DNA from: Clostridia bacterium
GTDB taxonomy: Bacteria; Bacillota; Clostridia; Oscillospirales; CAG-272
Direction of reading: 5' to 3'
NCBI GenBank assembly: GCA_017472695.1
Contig: JAFUOQ010000001.1
Coordinates: forward strand, 32,103-96,102
Length of the DNA stretch: 64,000 nucleotides
The notes beneath the pieces are model-generated. The model did no database searches. It was not told where the DNA came from and saw only the letters and a list, made by a program, of their open reading frames with translations. Position 1 is the stretch's first letter; each line of letters starts with the position of its first letter. Both the position numbers and the translations under genes were made by a program. Positions 31,930 through 40,046 of the stretch are shown here, piece by piece.

Positions 31930-32865
31930 ATGTGGTGGTTAATTCCAATTGGAGTTGTGGTAGTTATTTTGGTTGTAGTTGCAATTAATATCAAAATAGT
32001 TCCACAATCAAAGGCATTCGTTATTGAACGTTTAGGTGCATATCGTTGCACTTGGGATACAGGACTTCATTTCCTTATTCCAATCATTGATAAAGTTTCA
32101 AAAGAGGTTTCATTAAAGGAGCAGGTGGCAGACTTCCCACCTCAACCTGTTATTACAAAGGATAACGTAACTATGCAAATAGATACAGTTGTATTCTTCC
32201 AAATAACAGATCCAAAGCTCTTTGCATACGGGGTTGAAAGCCCAATCGCTGCAATCGAAAACCTTACAGCAACAACCCTTCGTAATATCATAGGTGATCT
32301 TGAGCTTGACCATACTCTCACCTCAAGAGATACAATCAATGCGAAAATTCGCTCAATTCTTGATGATGCGACAGACCCTTGGGGCATCAAAATCAACAGA
32401 GTAGAGCTCAAAAACATTAAGCCGCCTGCTGAAATCCAAGATGCAATGGAAAAGCAGATGAAGGCTGAAAGACAAAGACGTGAGGCTATCCTTCGCGCTG
32501 AAGGTGAAAAATCGAGTAATATCTTGGTTGCAGAGGGCAAAAAAGCAAGCCAAATTCTCGAAGCAGAGGCTGAAAAGGAAGCTGCTATCCTTCGCGCAGA
32601 GGCTGAAAAGGAAGCAAGAATCAAACACGCAGAGGCAGAGGCTGAATCAATCCTTAAAATCAACCAAGCCCAAGCAGAGTCAATCAGACTTATAAATGAA
32701 GCAAACCCGGATAGCGCATATCTAACCCTTAAAAAGCTAGAAGCATTTGAAAAGGTGTCCGATGGCAAGGCAACAAAGGTTATAATTCCAAGCGACCTTC
32801 AAGGTGTCGTAGGACTTGTTAACACAATTGCTGAAAGCACAAAAACAGACAATTTAGAAAAATAA
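31930..32865 (+). CDS. SPFH/band-7 (stomatin-like) protein
   Basis: N-terminal TM anchor and SPFH core (VIERLGAY...TKDNVTMQIDTVVFFQI). The C-terminal tail is an Ala/Glu-rich coiled coil. Confidence 0.85.
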   Translation: MWWLIPIGVVVVILVVVAINIKIVPQSKAFVIERLGAYRCTWDTGLHFLIPIIDKVSKEVSLKEQVADFPPQPVITKDNVTMQIDTVVFFQITDPKLFAYGVESPIAAIENLTATTLRNIIGDLELDHTLTSRDTINAKIRSILDDATDPWGIKINRVELKNIKPPAEIQDAMEKQMKAERQRREAILRAEGEKSSNILVAEGKKASQILEAEAEKEAAILRAEAEKEARIKHAEAEAESILKINQAQAESIRLINEANPDSAYLTLKKLEAFEKVSDGKATKVIIPSDLQGVVGLVNTIAESTKTDNLEK

Positions 32866-32909
32866 CAAAAAAGAGTCCACATTTGGGGTGTACCCTAAAG
32901 GACAGTTTT
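32865..32909. repeat. left arm of a ~45-nt imperfect inverted repeat
   Basis: acaaaaaagagtccaca-tttggggt-gtaccctaaaggacagtttt. It is the reverse complement of 33911-33957 in two blocks (~16 nt and 19/20 nt) around a ~9-nt unmatched core. Confidence 0.85.
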
Positions 32910-33084
32910 GCAAGAATACGGTATATCTCGAAAGAGGTATGCCATATTTTGCATTTGTGGACACAAATGCAGTGCTTGTCAGGAAAATTGACAAGCCATA
33001 GGTGAACATAAAAAGGCTCCCTTGTGTAAAGGGATGCTTTTCCTGCCCTTCGGAAGGTAATTGAATAATTTTTTACCAAATATA

Positions 33085-33113
33085 TTTACAAACGGCAATA
33101 ATTGTGATATAAT
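33085..33113 (+). promoter_or_regulatory. promoter inside the IR-bounded cassette
   Basis: TTTACA, 17-nt spacer, TGaTATAAT extended -10. Confidence 0.6.
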
Positions 33114-33119
33114 AAGAAT

Positions 33120-33329
33120 GCCAAACAAAACCAAATAACTTTCAAGGATAAACGCCCTATTTTTGTAGGGGGTCTTATACCTATACCTATTTTTGTGAGT
33201 CAGATCAAATCAGGCAAAAACGCTTGCTCCGCTGACTTGCATATGGTGTTTATCCATGAAGTTGGTTTTGTTTGGCGACAATTGGGGTTGGCGTTTTTCG
33301 GTGCGGTAACTCCGGTTGCCGCACTTTTT
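33120..33329 (+). promoter_or_regulatory. long structured 5' leader with terminator (unclassified riboswitch-like element)
   Basis: A 15-bp perfect helix (33120-33134 with 33262-33276) encloses an 8-bp helix (33146-33153 with 33248-33255) and internal hairpins. The terminator gtgcggtaac/gttgccgcac + TTTTT (33301-33329) follows, just before the RBS. Confidence 0.4.
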
Positions 33330-33350
33330 GATTACAAGGAGAGACAAACT

Positions 33351-33818
33351 ATGGAAAATCTAATTTTTGATTTTAAAAGCTCGGTTGGAGACGGATTAAA
33401 AGTTTATGAAGACAGAATTGTGATTACACATTCGGGTGTTCTTAACTTTTTCGCTATGGGTATAAAGGGGGATAAAACCATATATTACAATGACTTGACT
33501 GCTGTGCAATTTAAAAAAGCTGGTTGGACAGCAGGTCATATACAGTTTTCATTGCTTGGAGGAAGGGAAAGCGTTGGTGGCGTTTTTGCGGCATCTTCTG
33601 ATGAAAATACCATTACCATAAATTCTAAAGAGAATGAAATTGCAGAAAAAATGGTTGCTTATATTCAGGATAAAATTAAAGAAGCGAGATCCCCCAAAGT
33701 AGTATCAACTTCTGGTTCCACCGCAGATGAGATAATGAAATTGAAAAATTTATTAGATATGGGGATCATTACTCAAGAAGAATTTGACGCAAAGAAAAAA
33801 GAATTACTTGGGCTGTAA
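33351..33818 (+). CDS. PH-like (DUF4429-type) + SHOCT domain protein
   Basis: 155 aa. The C-terminal ADEIMKLKNLLDMGIITQEEFDAKKKELLGL is a SHOCT motif. ATG 33351 follows AAGGAGAG. The track start at 33195 (GTG) would run through the leader structure. Confidence 0.6.
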   Translation: MENLIFDFKSSVGDGLKVYEDRIVITHSGVLNFFAMGIKGDKTIYYNDLTAVQFKKAGWTAGHIQFSLLGGRESVGGVFAASSDENTITINSKENEIAEKMVAYIQDKIKEARSPKVVSTSGSTADEIMKLKNLLDMGIITQEEFDAKKKELLGL

Positions 33819-33866
33819 AATAACATACACAATTTGTAGACCGAAATATCAAATTGACATAAAACA

Positions 33867-33896
33867 AGCGAGCTGAGTTGGTTCAGCTCGCTTTTC
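33867..33896 (+). terminator. intrinsic terminator of the SHOCT gene
   Basis: agcgagctga/tcagctcgct 10-bp stem followed by TTTT. Confidence 0.8.
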
Positions 33897-33910
33897 TGTT
33901 GGCTAATTAT

Positions 33911-33957
33911 AAAACTGTCCTTTAGAGTACGTCGCATTTTGTGGACTCTTTTTTTGT
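33911..33957. repeat. right arm of the ~45-nt imperfect inverted repeat
   Basis: aaaactgtcctttagagtac-gtcgcatttt-gtggactctttttttgt. It ends 8 nt from the mtaB stop codon. Confidence 0.85.
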
Positions 33958-33964
33958 CATATAA

Positions 33965-35263
33965 TTATATTTTAGCGTACAAATATTCGCCATCAGTACT
34001 TAAAAGGTTTACTTTTAAAAACTCTCTACCACGTGGACGGTCACTTTTTACCTTAACCTCAATAAAGTTAGGTGTGTGGCCGACTATATATTCACCGTCA
34101 AATGATTCAAATAGCACCTCAACCTCGCTGTGCTTATTTAAGAACTCGGTGAGTAACTCGCACTTGATTTTTTTTTGCATTTCCTCAAGCCTATGCAGAC
34201 GCGATTTTTTTATTTCCTCCGGCACTTGGTTTGCCATTTTCGCGGCAGGAGTGCCCTCGCGCTTGGAGTATGGGAAAATATGAAGATGCAAGAACCTTTG
34301 ATTCATTAAAAACTCATAGGTTTTTTCAAAATCCTCGTCTGTTTCATTAGGGAAACCAACGATAATGTCAGCGGAAAGCATAAGGTCAGGGAAGCTTTCC
34401 TTTAAATAGTCAAGCCTTTCCTTGGCGGTATCGATATTGTATCTTCTGCGCATCGCGTTTAAGGTTTTTGTACAGCCGCTTTGCATAGAGATGTGAAAAT
34501 GTGGCATAACCTTTTGGAGTACCTTTATGTTGTCAACAAAGCTTTTATCAATATTAAATGGGTCAAGTGAGCCTAAACGAATGCGCTTAAGCCCATCTAT
34601 TTTGTCAACCTCACAAAGTAAATCCGCCAACGTTGTGCTATCTTTAAAATCCTTGCCATACGCAGCGGTTTCAATTCCTGTTAAAACCACCTCGTAGCAT
34701 CCCTCGGAAACTACCCCTTCAACCTCATTTATCACATTTTCCTTTGGGTTTGAGCGCACACTACCTCTTGCGTAAGGAATAATGCAATAAGCACACTTTG
34801 AGTCGCATCCGTCCTCAATCTTTATAAATGCACGAGTCCTTGTTAGAGGCGCACCAACCTTCATAGTATCAAATTTGCCATTATATATATCAAAATCGCA
34901 CACAGGAGTGGACTTATTTGCGAGTAAGTCTAGTGCATAGGATGCAATTTTTGACTTTTGGTTGTTTCCGATGACTAAATCAACTCCATCGATTTCCATA
35001 GCCTTTTCAGAATTGATTTGAGAAAAGCAACCGGTAACAATTATAACCGCATTCGGATTGTTTTTGGCACATTTTCTTATAAATTGTCTTGATTTTCTGT
35101 CACTTTCAGCCGTAACGGAGCAGGTGTTGATTATGTAAATATCACACTTTTCACCAAAAGGACATATAGTTACACCATTTTTTGATAGCTCCTGCATAAT
35201 ATAGTCGCTTTCGTATTGATTAACTCTACAGCCCAAGGTCAAAATAGAAGCTTTAATATTCAT
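33965..35263 (-). CDS. mtaB: tRNA methylthiotransferase, MtaB-like (radical SAM MTTase)
   Basis: UPF0004 N-domain TLGCRVNQYES, radical SAM motif CDSKCAYCIIP, and a C-terminal TRAM-like domain. MtaB versus MiaB was judged from size and the CxVNxYE context. Confidence 0.72.
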   Translation of the reverse strand: MNIKASILTLGCRVNQYESDYIMQELSKNGVTICPFGEKCDIYIINTCSVTAESDRKSRQFIRKCAKNNPNAVIIVTGCFSQINSEKAMEIDGVDLVIGNNQKSKIASYALDLLANKSTPVCDFDIYNGKFDTMKVGAPLTRTRAFIKIEDGCDSKCAYCIIPYARGSVRSNPKENVINEVEGVVSEGCYEVVLTGIETAAYGKDFKDSTTLADLLCEVDKIDGLKRIRLGSLDPFNIDKSFVDNIKVLQKVMPHFHISMQSGCTKTLNAMRRRYNIDTAKERLDYLKESFPDLMLSADIIVGFPNETDEDFEKTYEFLMNQRFLHLHIFPYSKREGTPAAKMANQVPEEIKKSRLHRLEEMQKKIKCELLTEFLNKHSEVEVLFESFDGEYIVGHTPNFIEVKVKSDRPRGREFLKVNLLSTDGEYLYAKI

Positions 35264-35404
35264 AACAGCACCTCCCTTAAAATTTAGACAAGCCTATTGT
35301 ATCACATTTTTATAATTCTGTAAACTAAAATTTGAAATAATCTTGAAAATAAAGCAATTTACATTTATAATATAATTGTTAAAATCAAAAGCAAAAGGAA
35401 AAAT

Positions 35405-36406
35405 ATGAGAGAATTTATAATAAACTCAAACGATAAGGGACAGCGCCTTGATAAGTTTGTTCAAAAAACGGTCAAGGGCATACCAACCTCACTTATGTAT
35501 AAGGCAATTCGCACCAAAAAAATCAAGGTTAATCGCAAAAGGGCTGAATTAAACCAGATTTTAAATTTGGGCGATACAGTCCAAATGTTTTTGAGCGAGG
35601 ATCTTTTTTCTGAAAAAATCACATCAAACGAGCTTTCTGTAGCTAAAGTTGAGCTGAATATCGTTTACGAGGATGAAAATCTTTTGATTTGTGATAAGCC
35701 TGCAGGAGTTTTAGTCCATTCGGGTGATGGTGATGGTAAGGTGAGTGGTGACGGGGCTTCTGGCGAGCGTGGGACACTAATTTACCAAATTCAAGCGTAT
35801 TTATATCAAAAGGGCGAATACAAGCCAGAGAGTGAAAATTCCTTTGCACCTGCCTTGTGCAACAGAATTGACAGAAATACTGGTGGCATGGTCATTTCTG
35901 CAAAAAATGCACAAGCCTTAAAGGATATGAATGAAAGAATAAAAAACAATAAAATTTCAAAGTATTATCTCTGCGCGGTTCATGGCAAAACTCCTAAAAA
36001 AACAGACACTCTGCGCGACTTTTTGATAAAAGATAGCAAAAATAACACCGTTAAGGTGCTAAAAAAGCAAGTGCCAGGCTCAAAGGAAATAATAACCAAA
36101 TACAAGGCGCTTTCGTATAACAAGGAAAGCGATCTTTCTCTCTTGGAAATAGAGCTTGTTACCGGTAGAACCCATCAAATAAGAGCACATATGTCATCAA
36201 TAGGTAACCCATTACTTGGCGATGGAAAATATGGCAGAATGGATAAGCTCGGAGAAAGAAAATACAAGCACCAAGCCCTTTATTCCTATAAGCTTGTATT
36301 TGAGAGCGAGCAGGATTCTCTTTCATATCTAAACGGAAAAGCTATTGCAACAGATCCAAAGAGAATATATTTCCTGCGCGAATTCAATAAAATTGAATTG
36401 AAATAG
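35405..36406 (+). CDS. RluA-family 23S rRNA pseudouridine synthase with S4 domain
   Basis: S4-like N-terminus (GQRLDKFV), catalytic motif CNRIDRNTGG, and GRTHQIRAH. Confidence 0.85.
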   Translation: MREFIINSNDKGQRLDKFVQKTVKGIPTSLMYKAIRTKKIKVNRKRAELNQILNLGDTVQMFLSEDLFSEKITSNELSVAKVELNIVYEDENLLICDKPAGVLVHSGDGDGKVSGDGASGERGTLIYQIQAYLYQKGEYKPESENSFAPALCNRIDRNTGGMVISAKNAQALKDMNERIKNNKISKYYLCAVHGKTPKKTDTLRDFLIKDSKNNTVKVLKKQVPGSKEIITKYKALSYNKESDLSLLEIELVTGRTHQIRAHMSSIGNPLLGDGKYGRMDKLGERKYKHQALYSYKLVFESEQDSLSYLNGKAIATDPKRIYFLREFNKIELK

Positions 36407-36516
36407 CATTGTAAAAATAAAAAATTATTTAAAAAGTGTAAAAAAGTGTTGACATTGACCACTTTTTGTTATACAATGTACATATAAATAATATAGTTCT
36501 TCAAGGAGGATTCCTA

Positions 36517-37608
36517 ATGAGTAAAATCACAGACAGAAGAGAGAAAACAGCACACACCAATATTGAAAACAAGGCAGTGTTGGCAGACAGTACAAAGCCA
36601 AAGAGCGATTTTCCATATAAGAAAATTCTTATTATCGTTTTGGCAATCGTTGCAGTAGTTGCGTGCATTCTTCTCGTTGTAAACGCATTCGTAGATTCAT
36701 ATGCTGGCAAGCTTGCTACTGGTAAGGAGCACACTAATGCAGTGGCTACAGTTGAGGTTAAGGGTGACCTTTATGAAAATACCGCAGACTATTTAGCTAA
36801 CCCAAGCTTTAGCAATGCATTTTATGCCGCAGCAGCAAATCATGCTAAAAATTATGCAAACGTAAAAGCAAACGAGAATGTTTATAACTTCTTGGTTGCT
36901 ATCAATAGCCCAGAGACAGATGCAGAAACTGCTAATCTTTCAGTTGTTATGTTGCTTTCAATAAACAAGGCTGAAGAAAAGGTTACATATTTTGCAATTA
37001 ATAAAGCAATGCTCGTTCAAATCCCAACAGTTGGTGTTGGCCCACTTTATGATGCATACGGCTTTGGTGAAGCTGCTTTACTTGCTAGAACAGTTCAAGA
37101 TAACTTTGGTGTAAAGGTTGATGGTTATGTTGATATGCCTCTTAAGTCATTTGTTGATACAGCAAACGACCTTGGCGGTATTGTAATTGATGACCCTACT
37201 CTCACAGATGACGAGAGAAAGCTTGATACAGATGCAGAAATTTACAACTATGTAAAATATGCAGTTGACAGAAATGCAGCTATGACAAATGTTGTTACTG
37301 CTCTTGCAAACAAAGCAAAGGATGCAGGCGTTTTCGGTATGAAGGGCATCATTGATAAAATTGCAGAATCACTTGATGCAAATATTTCAAGAGATAATTT
37401 TGGTGATCTTGTAAATGGTGGCACTAAAATGTTTGAAAACGAAGGCAAGGTTTGCCAAATCGGTTACGCAACTTCTAGCGCAGTAACAAAGAAAGTTCAT
37501 GGAGATGGTTGGCAAGAGCCTTATGAAGAATTTGCAACTGTAAACTATGAATACGAGGTTACATTACTTCATTCATTAATGTTCCCAGTAGTTGAGGAAG
37601 CAAAATAA
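36517..37608 (+). CDS. membrane-anchored LCP (LytR-Cps2A-Psr)-like protein, divergent
   Basis: TM anchor. The segment VVMLLSINKAEEKVTYFAINKAMLVQIP...GVKVDGYVDMPLKSFVDTANDLGGIVID parallels the LCP core. ATG 36517 follows AAGGAGGA. Confidence 0.5.
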   Translation: MSKITDRREKTAHTNIENKAVLADSTKPKSDFPYKKILIIVLAIVAVVACILLVVNAFVDSYAGKLATGKEHTNAVATVEVKGDLYENTADYLANPSFSNAFYAAAANHAKNYANVKANENVYNFLVAINSPETDAETANLSVVMLLSINKAEEKVTYFAINKAMLVQIPTVGVGPLYDAYGFGEAALLARTVQDNFGVKVDGYVDMPLKSFVDTANDLGGIVIDDPTLTDDERKLDTDAEIYNYVKYAVDRNAAMTNVVTALANKAKDAGVFGMKGIIDKIAESLDANISRDNFGDLVNGGTKMFENEGKVCQIGYATSSAVTKKVHGDGWQEPYEEFATVNYEYEVTLLHSLMFPVVEEAK

Positions 37609-37618
37609 TTAAAAATTT

Positions 37619-37648
37619 AAAAACCGACCATTGTGTCGGTTTTTATTT
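37619..37648 (+). terminator. intrinsic terminator
   Basis: accgac/gtcggt stem between AAAAA and TTTTTATTT. Confidence 0.8.
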
Positions 37649-37656
37649 AACCTTTA

Positions 37657-37685
37657 TGTCACCTTGTGAAAGTGACAGGGTGACA
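37657..37685. promoter_or_regulatory. candidate BirA operator (TGTCACC-N15-GGTGACA)
   Basis: Perfect 7-nt inverted half-sites 15 nt apart, directly upstream of the birA RBS. The architecture is that of bioO-type sites (TGTnAAC-N14/15-GTTnACA). Confidence 0.55.
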
Positions 37686-37695
37686 AGGAGAAAGT

Positions 37696-38661
37696 ATGAA
37701 TTTAAAGGAAAAAGTACTAAATATATTAAACAATAATGTTGGAAAAACAATCTCTGGTGCAGAGCTTGCAAAACAAACCGAGGTCAGTCGTAATAGCATT
37801 TGGAAAGCGATTAATTCTTTGAAAAACGAGGGCTATGAAATTACATCAACCTCTAATGTGGGATACACGTTAAATAAAAGTGTAGATATATTTAATGAAT
37901 CAAGTATTAAGTCGCACCTAAAATCCCCCTGTAAAATACTAATATATAATAAGGAAGGATCTTCAAATACGATAGCTAAAAGATTGACACAAGAGGGTGA
38001 GAGCGAGGGTACCGTTGTTATTGTAAAGTCGCAAACAGAGGGCAGAGGCAGACTTGGTAGAAGCTTTATATCAACTAGTGAAAATGGTGTTTATATGTCT
38101 ATAATATTAAAGCCTAGTCTGCCAGCTAGCGAAGCGTTAAATATCACCATTATTGGCGCGATAGCAGTTGCTGAAGCCATAGAGAGGACAAGTGGCATAG
38201 ATACTCAAATAAAATGGGTTAATGACATCTATATGGGCAAAAAAAAGGTGTCAGGCATTCTTACAGAGGCAGGATTAAATTTTGAGAATGGAATGCTCGA
38301 TTATGCCGTTATCGGCATAGGTGTAAATGTTTTGCCACCGGATGACGGCTTTGCTCCGGAAATTGAAGAAATTGCCACCTCAATTTACAAAAAAAGCGCA
38401 CCCTGTGGCTATAAAGCAAGGCTAGTTGCACAAATAATAGACACGTTTTTTGAGTATTATAATCAGCCAAAAAACAAAGCCTATATTGAAAAATACAGAA
38501 AAAAATCTAATATAATTGGCAAGGAAATTGAGGTTTCGGTAGGGAACGAGCTTGTAACTGGTGTTGCTGTTGACATTGATGATAACGCCAATCTTGTGGT
38601 AAGGACAAGTCTTGGAGAAAGAGCCTTTTATTCAGGTGAAGCAAGGATAAAAAGGTGGTAA
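37696..38661 (+). CDS. birA: bifunctional biotin--[acetyl-CoA-carboxylase] ligase / biotin operon repressor
   Basis: N-terminal wHTH (ISGAELAKQTEVSRNSIWKAINSLKNEGYEI), biotin-binding loop GRGRLGR, and KWVNDIY. Confidence 0.88.
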   Translation: MNLKEKVLNILNNNVGKTISGAELAKQTEVSRNSIWKAINSLKNEGYEITSTSNVGYTLNKSVDIFNESSIKSHLKSPCKILIYNKEGSSNTIAKRLTQEGESEGTVVIVKSQTEGRGRLGRSFISTSENGVYMSIILKPSLPASEALNITIIGAIAVAEAIERTSGIDTQIKWVNDIYMGKKKVSGILTEAGLNFENGMLDYAVIGIGVNVLPPDDGFAPEIEEIATSIYKKSAPCGYKARLVAQIIDTFFEYYNQPKNKAYIEKYRKKSNIIGKEIEVSVGNELVTGVAVDIDDNANLVVRTSLGERAFYSGEARIKRW

Positions 38662-38662
38662 A

Positions 38663-39178
38663 ATGAGAAATCAAAGGGTCAGAAATTTAACACACATCGC
38701 TCTTTTGGTAGCCTTTCTTGCTGCTATCTCTCAAATTTCAATTCCAACTGCGTTTTCAGTACCCTTCACCCTGCAGATTTTTGCGGTTTGCTTAATTTGT
38801 TACATTTTTTCAACAAAAAAATCTCTTATTGTGCTTGCGATTTATATATCTCTTGGTGCTATTGGTATTCCTGTTTTTGCTAATTTTCAAGGTGGCATAT
38901 TTCACTTGGTTAGCTATACAGGTGGCTTTATTTGGGGATATTTTTTTCTAGTTATTTTATGCTCGCTAAAAATAAAGAAAATGCAAATTTTCTTCGGAAT
39001 AATAGGTGTTATTATTTGCCATCTTTTAGGAACTATTCAATATTCACTTGTTGCAAAAATCCCATTTTTTACATCATTTTTGGTAATGTCACTTCCGTAC
39101 CTTTTGAAGGATTTTATTCTCGTTATATTAGCATATTTTTGCGCAAAAGCTATAAATAGTCGAATTAAAATAAAATAA
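38663..39178 (+). CDS. bioY: biotin ECF transporter S component
   Basis: 171-aa six-helix protein immediately after birA. The N-terminal region has BioY-like features (ISQISIP...PFTLQ). Confidence 0.78.
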   Translation: MRNQRVRNLTHIALLVAFLAAISQISIPTAFSVPFTLQIFAVCLICYIFSTKKSLIVLAIYISLGAIGIPVFANFQGGIFHLVSYTGGFIWGYFFLVILCSLKIKKMQIFFGIIGVIICHLLGTIQYSLVAKIPFFTSFLVMSLPYLLKDFILVILAYFCAKAINSRIKIK

Positions 39179-39215
39179 AGCAGAGAATGGGGTATCCAAA
39201 GCTCTGCTTTTTTTT
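39177..39215. terminator. bidirectional terminator between bioY and ung
   Basis: aagcagag/ctctgctt stem with an A-rich 5' flank and T8 on the 3' side. Confidence 0.75.
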
Positions 39216-39216
39216 G

Positions 39217-39891
39217 TTATTCATTTACACTGTTCCAATTTATTTCACTCTGTCTATTCGCTTTTAAAAATTCATTTGTGCGTGAAAAAGGACGAGAGCC
39301 AAAGAAGCCATTGTGGGCAGAAAGTGGCGAGGGGTGTGCGGATTCGATGATTAAATGGCTGGGATTTGTTATGTATTTTTTCTTTGAGCGAGCATTTGCT
39401 CCCCATAAAATAAATACAAGAGGCTCGCTCCTTTCGTTGAGCTTTTTTATAACCTCGTCAGTAAAAATTGACCAACCAATGTTTTGGTGACTGTTAGCTT
39501 GTCCTTCACGTACAGTCAAGGTAGCATTGAGCAAAAGCACACCTTGCTTTGCCCAAGAGGTGAGCTCACCGTGGCTTGGGATTGGAATACCAATATCGGA
39601 ATTTAATTCCTTGTAGATATTTACAAGCGAGGGCGGGATTTTTATGCCCTTTTTAACGGAGAAGGATAGTCCATGAGCTTGCCCTACCTCGTGATATGGA
39701 TCTTGCCCGAGAATAACAACCCTTGTGTCCTTGTAAGATGTGTACTTCAAAGCATTAAAAATATCATACATTGAGGGGTAAATCACACGAGAATTGTACT
39801 CACTCTTTAAAAAAGCGCGAATTTTTAGATAGTATTCCTTCTCAAATTCCTCGCCTAAAACTAAATCCCAATCGTTTCCTAAATTTACCAT
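39217..39891 (-). CDS. ung: uracil-DNA glycosylase (family 1)
   Basis: Motifs GQDPYH and HPSPLSA. The minus-strand promoter is TTGACA (39949-39944), 17 nt, TATGAT. Confidence 0.93.
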   Translation of the reverse strand: MVNLGNDWDLVLGEEFEKEYYLKIRAFLKSEYNSRVIYPSMYDIFNALKYTSYKDTRVVILGQDPYHEVGQAHGLSFSVKKGIKIPPSLVNIYKELNSDIGIPIPSHGELTSWAKQGVLLLNATLTVREGQANSHQNIGWSIFTDEVIKKLNERSEPLVFILWGANARSKKKYITNPSHLIIESAHPSPLSAHNGFFGSRPFSRTNEFLKANRQSEINWNSVNE

Positions 39892-40046
39892 TTTAAACTC
39901 CTTTGGAAATTTCTAAATATATCATACCATTTTCTTGAAACATTGTCAATAAAATTGACAAATAGGCTTGAAAAGTATGGTGGTATGTGGTATACTTTGC
40001 TTGTGGGCAAAGCCCAATTATCACACATTTATGCGAGGATTGAAAA

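Noticed and set aside
32460-32660. Nucleotide-level direct repeats (cagaggctgaaaaggaagc x2, atccttcgcgc x2) inside the SPFH gene.
   Set aside because: They encode the repetitive Ala/Glu/Lys coiled-coil tail (AILRAEAEKEA units) of the protein. This is a coding-sequence repeat, not a separate DNA element.
39943-39961. Perfect palindrome TTGTCAAT-AAA-ATTGACAA between divergent ung and the ThuA gene, considered as a possible operator.
   Set aside because: One arm supplies a TTGACA -35 box correctly spaced from a TATGAT -10 for ung, so promoter architecture explains it. No regulator or repeated motif supports an operator call.
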